This document shows, piece after piece, positions 1 to 9,365 of a stretch of DNA of 64,000 nucleotides (within the stretch, counting starts at the first letter, position 1; each line of letters starts with the position of its first letter). The stretch covers positions 32,001 through 96,000 of IMG/VR virus record IMGVR_UViG_3300033553_000116; one strand, written 5' to 3'. The position numbers were made by a program, and so were the translations under genes. Origin of the DNA: a virus. Below the pieces are notes generated by a model. The model was not told the origin of the DNA. It saw only the letters and a list, made by a program, of their open reading frames with translations, and made no database searches.

Positions 1-135
1 AATAAACGTATGTCCGATGACATAGTGACTATCAGAATGATGGAGTTACTATTCACCAATAGCCCATATTTGGTGGCTGACTGGGTAAGTGATGAAGAGG
101 CTGTCGTAGTAACTGTAAAGTCAGAGGAGGAATAA
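1..135 (+). CDS. 3' end of a hypothetical protein (partial, probable member of the paralog array)
   Basis: Frame 1 is open from base 1 to TAA at 133-135 (...PYLVADWVSDEEAVVVTVKSEEE*). Confidence 0.6.
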   Translation, partial: NKRMSDDIVTIRMMELLFTNSPYLVADWVSDEEAVVVTVKSEEE

Positions 136-137
136 AA

Positions 138-656
138 GTGCCAAAGAACACACTGCCGGTAATGAGACTATCTGATGCATGGACAGTTTTAGCGATTACT
201 GATGAATGGGGCGACATGGATATTACTAAGGTAACTGATCCAGCTAGTACAATAGCTGAGGTCGATAAGGAAAAGAATGATATCCACCAAAGTGAAGAAG
301 TTGTAGAAGGTAGTGAGGGTAGACGTATATTTGTATTTCTTAGTTTACAACTCGCTGAAATTATTACAAACCACATCATTGAAAGTTTATGGATGCAGGC
401 ACGTACGGCCAATGAGCCAAAACGTAGTTATAGTAATTCAGAAGTCCTTAACATGATTGACGAAGCAGTAACAACTATACCTTCGTGGTCAGACTTCTGT
501 GTATTGATAGGTCAGCCAACTAGCACAAGGCTACGTGCATCTCAGCGGAAATTTCTACATGCTGGCATAAAAGAAGACCTCTTCTCTGATAGAAAAGGCT
601 TCTCAGTTAAATGGTCAGATTTTAGCTCTAAGGCACTGACTGTTAGTTTAGAATAA
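138..656 (+). CDS. hypothetical protein (paralog array)
   Basis: 172 aa ORF, GGAGG SD upstream, tightly packed in an operon. Confidence 0.8.
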   Translation: MPKNTLPVMRLSDAWTVLAITDEWGDMDITKVTDPASTIAEVDKEKNDIHQSEEVVEGSEGRRIFVFLSLQLAEIITNHIIESLWMQARTANEPKRSYSNSEVLNMIDEAVTTIPSWSDFCVLIGQPTSTRLRASQRKFLHAGIKEDLFSDRKGFSVKWSDFSSKALTVSLE

Positions 657-680
657 TTAATTAAAAAATGGAATAATAAA

Positions 681-1172
681 ATGAACAGATCATTACTTGA
701 AAAATATACAGAGCAGGTAGATCCCAAAAATCTACTGAATGCCCTCTCAGCTAAGTATCCTAAGTATACTGCTGGAGAGAACTTTAAAAAGGAAGAGTTA
801 GATGTCATGGACATTGAGGAACTAGAGGAACTAATAATAGAAGGAATTATTAAAACTCTAGAACACACTGCAATACTTACACTAATATTAAAAAATGAAG
901 AACATCGTGATCCAGTAACACTTATGGATATTCCTAACCTAATGAGGGTATTGGTAATACTCCACCCTAGTGAGTTCGGATTGTTAGAAAGTACATATGC
1001 AAAGGCTACTGAGAATTGTGTCCCACCGCATATCGACGATATAGTACCAACCATAGGCCGTAATATAGATTCACTAATCTTTGTTAATGAGCCACACATC
1101 AAGGTAAGTTGGGTTAGATCAAACCCACCTACTAAACTAAGTCCCGATTTACAAATTGAATTAATCCAATAG
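681..1172 (+). CDS. hypothetical protein (paralog array)
   Basis: 163 aa ORF, operon packing. Confidence 0.8.
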   Translation: MNRSLLEKYTEQVDPKNLLNALSAKYPKYTAGENFKKEELDVMDIEELEELIIEGIIKTLEHTAILTLILKNEEHRDPVTLMDIPNLMRVLVILHPSEFGLLESTYAKATENCVPPHIDDIVPTIGRNIDSLIFVNEPHIKVSWVRSNPPTKLSPDLQIELIQ

Positions 1173-1643
1173 GTGACCGCCATGACTCTAGATGTACATA
1201 GAAACCCAGCAATCGATATTAATACCTTGAACAATAAAGCAGAGGCCATCAGACGAATTCCACCAACTGAACTATATGTCCACTCTATGGGTTTTAGTAC
1301 ATTGGAGACACATTTAAAGCAGCTTATCTCTAGACAATTCGAGATAGCTGCACTAATGGATTTGCAGGATGTAATTCAAGATGGCGAATCTGCTTCATTG
1401 AGATTACCTATTACAAGTCTACTTACCATAGTGCACCGCATTATAGATAACATACATAGTGGGCTATTAAACCATTATGAGAAAGTATCTCCTTTCTCAA
1501 ACGCTAAAATGTCATTAGCACTTAAAACAATCTCTGACTTCGAGAAATCTATTTTTAGATCCGATGTATCACTTACTGTTATCTGGATCTTAGAGTCAGG
1601 TCTACCAATGGAACTTGGCATTATTTATAATAGTAGGAAATAG
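1173..1643 (+). CDS. hypothetical protein (paralog array)
   Basis: 156 aa ORF abutting its neighbours; start may be the ATG at 1182. Confidence 0.8.
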   Translation: MTAMTLDVHRNPAIDINTLNNKAEAIRRIPPTELYVHSMGFSTLETHLKQLISRQFEIAALMDLQDVIQDGESASLRLPITSLLTIVHRIIDNIHSGLLNHYEKVSPFSNAKMSLALKTISDFEKSIFRSDVSLTVIWILESGLPMELGIIYNSRK

Positions 1644-1646
1644 AAA

Positions 1647-2134
1647 ATGAAACCAGCCTACAATTCAAATGCAGCTATTGTTGAGTATGAAGAAATTATA
1701 GCTAGTAAAAATATTACACATACTAACTTCGATACTAAATCTAAAACAGTAGAAGAGTTTGAAGAAGGTATGGTTAGACATATTAACCAAGTACTTGAAG
1801 TTTCTCTTTTAAAAATAGCTATTAAAACTATAGCTAACCGCAAAAAGGATACTCAAAAACAATTGCAGTATACACACGTTCAGGTTTGACAAAGATAGTA
1901 TCTAGTATACTTCCTAGTCTTTTACCTGAACGTCAGGCTAAGTATATGGAACTTAAAACAGGTACCTTTTCACCTGATAAAATAATGGATCTATACTTCG
2001 AAAGATCTCCGGAACTATTGTTTAAAGATAATCCTACACTTTCAACTGTATGTTCAACAGCATATCAACCTTTACCTGACTCTATGTTAGATGTAAAAGT
2101 AAAGGCCATTTATCTGATGCATCACCCTATATAA
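1647..2134 (+). pseudogene. hypothetical paralog split into two ORFs (1647-1889, 1886-2134) by a -1 frameshift near 1842-1860
   Basis: The second ORF has a TTG start with no SD, and its frame is open back to 1838. The joined length (~162 aa) and motifs match the neighbouring paralogs. Confidence 0.55.
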
Positions 2135-2160
2135 GGGTCATCAAACGAGGACTCAGTAAA

Positions 2161-2607
2161 ATGACAGTTTTAAACGATACAGCAGAGAAGCTTTTCGATA
2201 AATTCACAAATTACCGTAATTCAGTAATGACCAACCCTGTCACACATCAGCCTCCCACAACCCAGTTAGAGATGGTTGAGGAGTTACTAGAGCATGTTCA
2301 TAACAACCTATCCTGTTTAATACTCCATCGATTGGGCGGTATCATAGAGGAAGTACCACGTAAGTACTACATATTAACTACCGAACGTGCTGAGCGTGAA
2401 TTAAATGGTAGTTTGTGGCAGATAGCAGATGGTTGGATTGATGAGTTTAATTCACTTGGTTCAGTAGTCTATTCACACTCTGCTTTAACAAAGATGATTG
2501 AAGCCATGTCATCAAAGGGTTTCCATGAGGATGACCCAAGCATTGTTTTTGAATTACTAACTAACGGTGATATGTATTTCACTTACGATCTTGAAAAGGA
2601 CGTATAA
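2161..2607 (+). CDS. hypothetical protein (paralog array)
   Basis: 148 aa ORF, GAGGA SD, ends before a terminator. Confidence 0.8.
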   Translation: MTVLNDTAEKLFDKFTNYRNSVMTNPVTHQPPTTQLEMVEELLEHVHNNLSCLILHRLGGIIEEVPRKYYILTTERAERELNGSLWQIADGWIDEFNSLGSVVYSHSALTKMIEAMSSKGFHEDDPSIVFELLTNGDMYFTYDLEKDV

Positions 2608-2616
2608 CCAAAAGCA

Positions 2617-2670
2617 CATAAAGAGCACCCCCTTTCGGGAGTGCTCTTATGCTTATCTTTTTTTTTTTTT
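2617..2670. terminator. bidirectional intrinsic terminator
   Basis: AAGAGCAC-CCC-TTTC-GGGA-GTGCTCTT hairpin plus T run, between convergent genes. Confidence 0.85.
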
Positions 2671-5575
2671 AGTTTTCGTGTCTAATAAACAACACTTCAA
2701 CATCATCAACTACTTTATAAGTACCGTCCAAATCAATACTCAACTTCTTACGAATTGAACATCTATCTGTTTTATCAATGATACTGATAGTAGCGAAGTC
2801 ATGTACACCACCAAGACCTTTTAAATCTATTGCTATTACATCGTCTCCAGCGGATGCTGTTAACTTAGATATAATCTCATTAGTTTTAATCCTAGTCTTA
2901 GAAAGTTCACTTGACAATACATCAATAGCCAAATGCTTTAAGCTATCACGTAAGAACACATCATCAAACTTCTCTCTATTCAAATAAAACGAAACAGTAA
3001 ATGCTTGCTCTAAGTTAAGAGTTGTTTCTTCACCGTCCAATACCAAGAACTTAGAGTTACCGAATGTTCTCTGAGGATACAGTAACATTTCAGTTTGCTC
3101 GATTAGCCATTCTCTAAATTCAGCAACATCGTTCTCTAACCAACTTACAATAGACTTAGGTAACTCTTTCAAGTAATCCAAATCCTTAGGGAACGTACTG
3201 AATAGATATCTACCATCAATTAAGAACATGTCCAACTCACGCAAGACACTTCTCACATTATCAATAATTGGCTTACCGTTAATATCTAATACCGGATCTC
3301 CAATTTTGTGTTTGATTGCATGATATCCATTCTCATCCAAAATAGGATCACCCTTTGTAAATAAGAGTGTAGTAGTTAAATCGCCTGTTACCGGATCTCT
3401 AGTTAATACCACAGCCCCAGTATTAGCATCACGTACATAGATGTTCTTATCGTAATAACTATAGACAGTCGTCTCATACACTTGATATATATTAGATTCA
3501 AGAACTGACCTAGATCTATTCCAGAATCCATCTAGGTGTGTACCAAATTTAATACCTATACGTTCATGCACTACACCTCTATCATAATCAGAAACCAAAT
3601 ATGACAAAGGTCTATAATTAAGTGATGGTAGTTCATTACCAATTTCTCTAATATAGTAGACTAAGTCAAAGACCATATTTAAAGGAACATTATAGTTAAG
3701 TATATCGTTAGAGTACATTTTGAAACCATTAAGTATCAAATTATGATCCTTGTCAATATCAAAGTTTGTACTTAAGTCAAACTCATAGATTCTCTCACCG
3801 TCACCCTTAGTGGCTAAAAGAGTACCTTCTAAAAATGCCTCAGACCTTTGGTCAGTTGGAGTAAAGCTTAATAAAGGCATTACACGATAATCAGGTAACT
3901 CTTTAATAACAGTATCTGACTTAGTAGTTATCTGTAACACATACCCAGTTTCCTTTTTACGGATACTGAATGTATCTGTACTAATATAAATACCTAAATC
4001 AATATTCTCTTCAACAAACTCTTTATGACGTTCACTAGGATCATCCAAGTAATATGCGCGAGTCTCAAAGAACTTATCACCGGCATCCAATACATAGTGA
4101 AATGGAGTAAACAGATAATTGGAGTCATTGATAATATCAACATACTCTATACCTGTTAAGCTTTCGAGGGCAAGACGTTCACCATTAGGAACTAGCTTTA
4201 AAATACCATTCTCTAATTTAAATAACGTATTAGGGGAAATCGTTATTCCTGCACCGTTATCGTAAACCCCTAGCCTATCTACTAATTCACCGTAACTTGT
4301 CTGTAGTGTCCCTATGACGGAGCTTGCAGCGCTAGATGTATTAGTGTTTGCTGGCACTGGTAACTTTCTACTAGCTAAGTAGACACGATTGGTTACATTA
4401 TCAATATCTTTAATAGATTCATATCCACGATTAGCTAATCTAGTTGAGAGTTGTACATCTGTAATAGGTATCTGAGAATCACCTAATGCATTATTTAAAA
4501 CACGTTCTCTAAGCTCACCAAAAGGAATAGCAACAACACCGCCATTAACAGCAGCATCTGAAAATACAGCCATATTACTAAACGAGTTAAGGGGTGTAGC
4601 AAATGCATCAGTCTCATCGCCCAAGTCTCTATCAATCCATCTAGCAGTGAACGCATTGATTTGATAACTGTCAAGAAGTAGGTCTAACTTACCTTTGGTG
4701 GTATAGATATCCATACGGACAGTCCCTGTAATAAGACCTGCATCTAAGTATACTTGAGGGATACTTATCTTAATACGATTATCATAAACCTTTAATACTG
4801 CAGTCACTACAGTTGGATCAAATACCTGATCAGTATGAGTAGTCTTAATCTCAGACCATTGATCAAGTCCCAAAGATCTATAAACACGGCAGTAATAAAA
4901 ATCATCTTCGAAGGGATATGTTTCTTCAAACGCTACCGCTTTAGATATCTGATTGTATTTAGACTTTATAATAAACTGACTAACTGGAACCTTGATTCGA
5001 ATATAGTCTTCACCTTCAATGTTTACAGTATCCCATTCAGCAATATTATCTTTTAGGACTTCCAATGGAGATGGGTCACTTCCATCATAAACAACTTGTA
5101 TTCCACCATAGTCCATAACACGCATCTCAACAGGATACTGCATTGTGAATACATAATCAGCAATCTTAAATTCTGTATGTTTTGGGATAACTAATTTATT
5201 TATACCTAGGGTACCTGATGGAATTGCCTTAGCGGTAACTTCAGCTTTATTAAATAGCATTGTGAAAGTAGTTCTACTAGGAGATGCAAATCTACCTATG
5301 TAATCTTTATCAGACATATGCATGTAAAGCTCATCTTCTGTGACGGCCATAGATGGATACTGCATTCTAGTCTGTGCTTCAAAGTGAACCATAGCAGCAG
5401 ATGTATTAACTGCACTTGATTCCATTAGGAAAACAAAAGGGTTAGATGGATCTACTACATCTATTGTTCCAGCTGATACAGACTCTAAAGTCTCTAATGC
5501 CAAACGCTGTATAGCAGCCGAGTTGTATCTAACGGTTTGGATTGATTCTTTTAATCTAGAAATTGGTGTATTCAT
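2669..5575 (-). CDS. virion structural (tail/baseplate) protein, phiKZ gp87-like
   Basis: 968 aa; N-terminal DPSNPFVFLME...YP motif; size and synteny match the phiKZ-like core block. Confidence 0.75.
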   Translation of the reverse strand: MNTPISRLKESIQTVRYNSAAIQRLALETLESVSAGTIDVVDPSNPFVFLMESSAVNTSAAMVHFEAQTRMQYPSMAVTEDELYMHMSDKDYIGRFASPSRTTFTMLFNKAEVTAKAIPSGTLGINKLVIPKHTEFKIADYVFTMQYPVEMRVMDYGGIQVVYDGSDPSPLEVLKDNIAEWDTVNIEGEDYIRIKVPVSQFIIKSKYNQISKAVAFEETYPFEDDFYYCRVYRSLGLDQWSEIKTTHTDQVFDPTVVTAVLKVYDNRIKISIPQVYLDAGLITGTVRMDIYTTKGKLDLLLDSYQINAFTARWIDRDLGDETDAFATPLNSFSNMAVFSDAAVNGGVVAIPFGELRERVLNNALGDSQIPITDVQLSTRLANRGYESIKDIDNVTNRVYLASRKLPVPANTNTSSAASSVIGTLQTSYGELVDRLGVYDNGAGITISPNTLFKLENGILKLVPNGERLALESLTGIEYVDIINDSNYLFTPFHYVLDAGDKFFETRAYYLDDPSERHKEFVEENIDLGIYISTDTFSIRKKETGYVLQITTKSDTVIKELPDYRVMPLLSFTPTDQRSEAFLEGTLLATKGDGERIYEFDLSTNFDIDKDHNLILNGFKMYSNDILNYNVPLNMVFDLVYYIREIGNELPSLNYRPLSYLVSDYDRGVVHERIGIKFGTHLDGFWNRSRSVLESNIYQVYETTVYSYYDKNIYVRDANTGAVVLTRDPVTGDLTTTLLFTKGDPILDENGYHAIKHKIGDPVLDINGKPIIDNVRSVLRELDMFLIDGRYLFSTFPKDLDYLKELPKSIVSWLENDVAEFREWLIEQTEMLLYPQRTFGNSKFLVLDGEETTLNLEQAFTVSFYLNREKFDDVFLRDSLKHLAIDVLSSELSKTRIKTNEIISKLTASAGDDVIAIDLKGLGGVHDFATISIIDKTDRCSIRKKLSIDLDGTYKVVDDVEVLFIRHEN

Positions 5576-6711
5576 TTAGAAATAATCCCTTTTAATAATA
5601 ATTCGTTTATTGCATTAGTGTAGTCATCATAACTAGCATACCACTCCAACTCCATTGTCTTAGGCTCTATCCTTGGATGAAGTTTATGTCCTAAGTACTT
5701 ACTTAGTGTGCTACCTATCATTCCATAAATAGGATATTCCTTTCTAGCACTAATCTTAAACATGAAGTCGCGGATTCCATCGCTCATTTCTGGGTTCTTA
5801 CCTTCAACAGTTAAGTTAAACTCTTTAACTAAAATTGGATCTAGGTAATTGACACCGATACATCTAAAAGGAATACTAATCTGATCATTATCTGAATTGA
5901 ATTCCGATTCAGCAGAATAGTTAAAGGACGCCCCTAATGGAGATGCCATAGGAAACGATGCACCACACGCTGCAATCTTCTGTACGTAAGTATTTGTTTC
6001 ATCCATTACTAGTCTATAAATACGAGACATGTAATCAATCTCATTATTTAAAATTAGATCTGGATAAGGTACCATTGTGCCGTCATAGACCATCGAAGAG
6101 TAGACTACCCATATAGTAAAAAGTAATGTTATAGGATCACCTTGTATGTTTTGGAAGTTGGCGGTGATATCAAACGTGTTATATAGGTGGCTTGTGCCGT
6201 CTACCATACTGTAAGATTCCTTATAAACACCCTCTTTTGAGGTGTAGGTATCTACTGCGATATCAGGCCAACCCGACATACTAATTAAGTTATTAGTTAA
6301 GACAGGTATGAAAGCCTGACTTTGTTCAAAGATAGCAGATTTGACAGGAGCTGGACCGTAGCGTTCACTTCTCGGATCTAGCATACATCTTAGAGCTCTA
6401 GCCATACTACTATCATCATCAGATAATAAAGGAGATAACATTCTAACAGCTGCTATATTTTCATCTGTTAAGTTCAGGTCAGGTCTAGTAAAAAAGGTAT
6501 AACCGTGTGCATCTTTATTCTTAGGTGCTGCAGTACCAGTTTTGTGTGTATTAATACCACGTAAGTTATCTGTCTGGGCAGTAGTTAATCCGCCATAGCC
6601 GCCAATCTTAGAAATGAAGTCCACTTCGAGTTTTGCATCGCCTCTACCTAGGGGTTTATCATCTCTACCTAGTAGGTTATCTTCTATACTTAGTAAGTCG
6701 TCGTTACTCAT
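5572..6711 (-). CDS. virion structural (tail tube/hub-like) protein, phiKZ gp88-like
   Basis: 379 aa; GYTFFTRPDLNL and NNLISMSGWPD motifs; overlaps the gp87-like gene by 4 nt. Confidence 0.75.
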   Translation of the reverse strand: MSNDDLLSIEDNLLGRDDKPLGRGDAKLEVDFISKIGGYGGLTTAQTDNLRGINTHKTGTAAPKNKDAHGYTFFTRPDLNLTDENIAAVRMLSPLLSDDDSSMARALRCMLDPRSERYGPAPVKSAIFEQSQAFIPVLTNNLISMSGWPDIAVDTYTSKEGVYKESYSMVDGTSHLYNTFDITANFQNIQGDPITLLFTIWVVYSSMVYDGTMVPYPDLILNNEIDYMSRIYRLVMDETNTYVQKIAACGASFPMASPLGASFNYSAESEFNSDNDQISIPFRCIGVNYLDPILVKEFNLTVEGKNPEMSDGIRDFMFKISARKEYPIYGMIGSTLSKYLGHKLHPRIEPKTMELEWYASYDDYTNAINELLLKGIISK

Positions 6712-6733
6712 TTTATCCCCAAGGAATTTTTAA

Positions 6734-7837
6734 ATGTCAAAAAATAATATTGAAACAGCACTAGAGTTAGTGGGTAAACTACCAGAGCTAGCCCGTGCGG
6801 CTAAGGGTGGTTCTTTAATCGAGTACACTCAAGCCACTAGAGTAGAACCAATTGTCCTAATGGACGAAAAGGTTTCTAACCTATCAATGATGCCTGACGT
6901 CATGCAAACACTAACCTCTATCTTTGCGGGTTATTATTTACAAGCCGTGGCGTTGTCTGTTAATGTAGGGTCAGTTAATGTACTATCTTTATTAGATAGT
7001 TTAAACCCAGATAGAGACCCTTGGTTTAGTGGTGCTGAAGCAGCTAAAGGCTGGGCTATGGAACAGCTATCCTCATATGAATACGGATTACCTTTACCTG
7101 GTGAAGCAGTTGGCTTAGAACACTTCGGTATAGAATCTAAATCAGAGTCTAAGTATAGTAAGGATGCCGTTACAAACAAAGATAGCTTACAAGTAGTTAG
7201 AACACCTAGCAATCTAGCAGTAGGTAAACTCATTGAAGTTAACATTGAGAGCAATGGTCAGAAGGCTACATTCCCTATCTCTATCCGTATGATTCCAGTA
7301 ATGGCTAAGTCTGTTGACATGGTTCGTACAATGTCAATTGGTTCTACTGACATTAGTTTCATGGGCCGCATTCATGCATGGCGTTCAGGTCAGATTGAGT
7401 TTGTTAAAGATTTAATTCTTTGTCAAGATCTAATCACTGATCATAAGAAAGGTCTCATTAAAGATGATGGTGGTATTTATACACAGACTATGAAGCGTAA
7501 GAACAAAAATAGACTGTCTGCCTTATTTAGTAAAACTATTTCTGTTTCTACTGCATCTAACATTTTGATTATCTCCGAGTCCACTAAGAAAGAACTTGAA
7601 AGACAAATCAACGGTAAGCTTAAGCACTTTAAGACTCGTGAGAAAATGTTTAGCGATACGTACACAATGCTATTAGTAGTAATTGATCCAGATTGGGAAG
7701 GCATTACTATTTATCATAGAAGCATCGAGACAGAAACTGAAGTCACTGCGTCAGATATGAAGCAGATGGGTAAGAAAGATGTTGATGTTGGCGAAATCCT
7801 AAAAGCATATACTTTAGGTAATGCACCAAGCTTCTAA
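6734..7837 (+). CDS. internal head protein, phiKZ gp89-like
   Basis: 367 aa; TRVEPIVL and GYYLQAV motifs; AME/GLE/GIE protease-type sites; synteny. Confidence 0.75.
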   Translation: MSKNNIETALELVGKLPELARAAKGGSLIEYTQATRVEPIVLMDEKVSNLSMMPDVMQTLTSIFAGYYLQAVALSVNVGSVNVLSLLDSLNPDRDPWFSGAEAAKGWAMEQLSSYEYGLPLPGEAVGLEHFGIESKSESKYSKDAVTNKDSLQVVRTPSNLAVGKLIEVNIESNGQKATFPISIRMIPVMAKSVDMVRTMSIGSTDISFMGRIHAWRSGQIEFVKDLILCQDLITDHKKGLIKDDGGIYTQTMKRKNKNRLSALFSKTISVSTASNILIISESTKKELERQINGKLKHFKTREKMFSDTYTMLLVVIDPDWEGITIYHRSIETETEVTASDMKQMGKKDVDVGEILKAYTLGNAPSF

Positions 7838-7859
7838 AACTCTATTAAAGGAAAAGTAC

Positions 7860-8753
7860 ATGAGTAAAATTACAGAATACATTGCATCGCTGGTACCAGG
7901 ATTCCAACGTAGCCAAGTAGAAGAAGATGTCCGCATCTTGATTGAAGCTATCACTGAATCAACATTGCCACCATATGCTAGTGCATTAGTAGTGATGCCT
8001 AATGATGATTTTAGATCTAGAGATGTTAAATCAGTCAATGATCTATTTACAAAGACATTAAGAAGAACCACAAAACTTAGAGGGAACTTCATCCAGGCTA
8101 CCTATGACCAATTGGAAAATACTTTAGAAGTATTGAATGATCTTTCCAACGGTTTAGATAAGTACTTCGAAAAGGATATTGTAAAGGGCTCTATGACCTA
8201 CGCACGAGCCAATGTCCTTCGTTATATAGAGTTAGCTAACTTTAATGCTAAGTACGCTAGAAAGCTCTTATTATGGACATTGCATGAAGAGCAGACTAAT
8301 GAAGGTCAGGATTTAGATAGTCCTTTCGCCAAGGCCGATATCGACTGGGTATTTGCTAACCGTGATTTGTTCTTTACATCAGTGCGCATTCTTAGCATTG
8401 AACCAAGAAAAGTAAAAGGGTTATTTAAAAACATCCCTGATATGATTATTGTTCCTGAAGAGAATGATGCAGTTGAAGTAACTGTTGGTGCTGATAAGTT
8501 AGATCCATTGGGAATGAACATCATTCCTGTACAACTTAATCCGATCTACCATATCGGTATGCTGGTCTCTGAATGGCAAGCTGCTCGATATCAGGTAACT
8601 AAAGAAGAGTTGCGTACTCTAGAGTACCGTCTACTGTCCCTTAAAGAAGGTCGTGAAGGTAAGCGAGATGCTAAGCTTGAAGAAAACATTGAATATACAG
8701 AAAACCGTATTAAAAAGCTTAACTATAAAATCGCTAAGCTTGAGGAGGACTAA
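7860..8753 (+). CDS. internal head protein, phiKZ gp90-like
   Basis: Likely start ATG 7860 (AAGGA SD); LNPIYHIG motif and coiled C-terminus; synteny. Confidence 0.75.
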   Translation: MSKITEYIASLVPGFQRSQVEEDVRILIEAITESTLPPYASALVVMPNDDFRSRDVKSVNDLFTKTLRRTTKLRGNFIQATYDQLENTLEVLNDLSNGLDKYFEKDIVKGSMTYARANVLRYIELANFNAKYARKLLLWTLHEEQTNEGQDLDSPFAKADIDWVFANRDLFFTSVRILSIEPRKVKGLFKNIPDMIIVPEENDAVEVTVGADKLDPLGMNIIPVQLNPIYHIGMLVSEWQAARYQVTKEELRTLEYRLLSLKEGREGKRDAKLEENIEYTENRIKKLNYKIAKLEED

Positions 8754-9316
8754 TGTCAGATACTGCCGTTGCAATGCCTAGAGAAAATCTACCAACATCT
8801 GAGGGGGTCTACGGTTTCCTTTTTAGAAGTGACTATCAGCCACTTGATTCCTTCTATAATCTCTATGAAGAAACTCAGGGTAAAGTTAAACAACTTCAGT
8901 CTTTAGATTTCCGTTTAGAGGTTATGAGTTTTATTAAAGTTATTATCCCATCTTTTGACCAGTGGATAAAACTACAATTAGAACAGGGTTATTTATATGA
9001 CAGACGTTTAGAGTTTTTATTAGATACTTTAAACTTCATTGAATTCGGAGATCGCAAGATGTCCGTAAGAAATTGGGAAGGACTCATGGATGAGTTCCCA
9101 AGACCAAATTTAGAAAAGTCACGTCAGCAATGTAAAGAAACATTAAAGTTGAACGTGTCGTTTCTATCTACTGTAGACATTATCATAAAGTGGTGTTCAC
9201 AAAAAAGAGGATTTGATGACATGTTATGTACTTTTGCTATTCTTGCTCGCATGAATGGCAGAACAGAACGTGAGCCAATGAATGACTCGAGTATGAAACA
9301 TAGGGTAACATACTAG
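8753..9316 (+). CDS. conserved hypothetical protein, phiKZ gp91-like
   Basis: 187 aa, TAATG coupling to the upstream gene; synteny. Confidence 0.65.
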   Translation: MSDTAVAMPRENLPTSEGVYGFLFRSDYQPLDSFYNLYEETQGKVKQLQSLDFRLEVMSFIKVIIPSFDQWIKLQLEQGYLYDRRLEFLLDTLNFIEFGDRKMSVRNWEGLMDEFPRPNLEKSRQQCKETLKLNVSFLSTVDIIIKWCSQKRGFDDMLCTFAILARMNGRTEREPMNDSSMKHRVTY

Positions 9317-9365
9317 TAGCCTTATTTAAATAGTTAAACTAACGTTAGAAAATGGAGATATACCC

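Noticed and set aside
542-1249. 235-aa minus-strand ORF and similar antisense ORFs (e.g. 50952-51368, 9719-10072, 63051-63440)
   Set aside because: Shadow frames of real plus-strand genes, Ser/Ile-rich with no motifs or SD.
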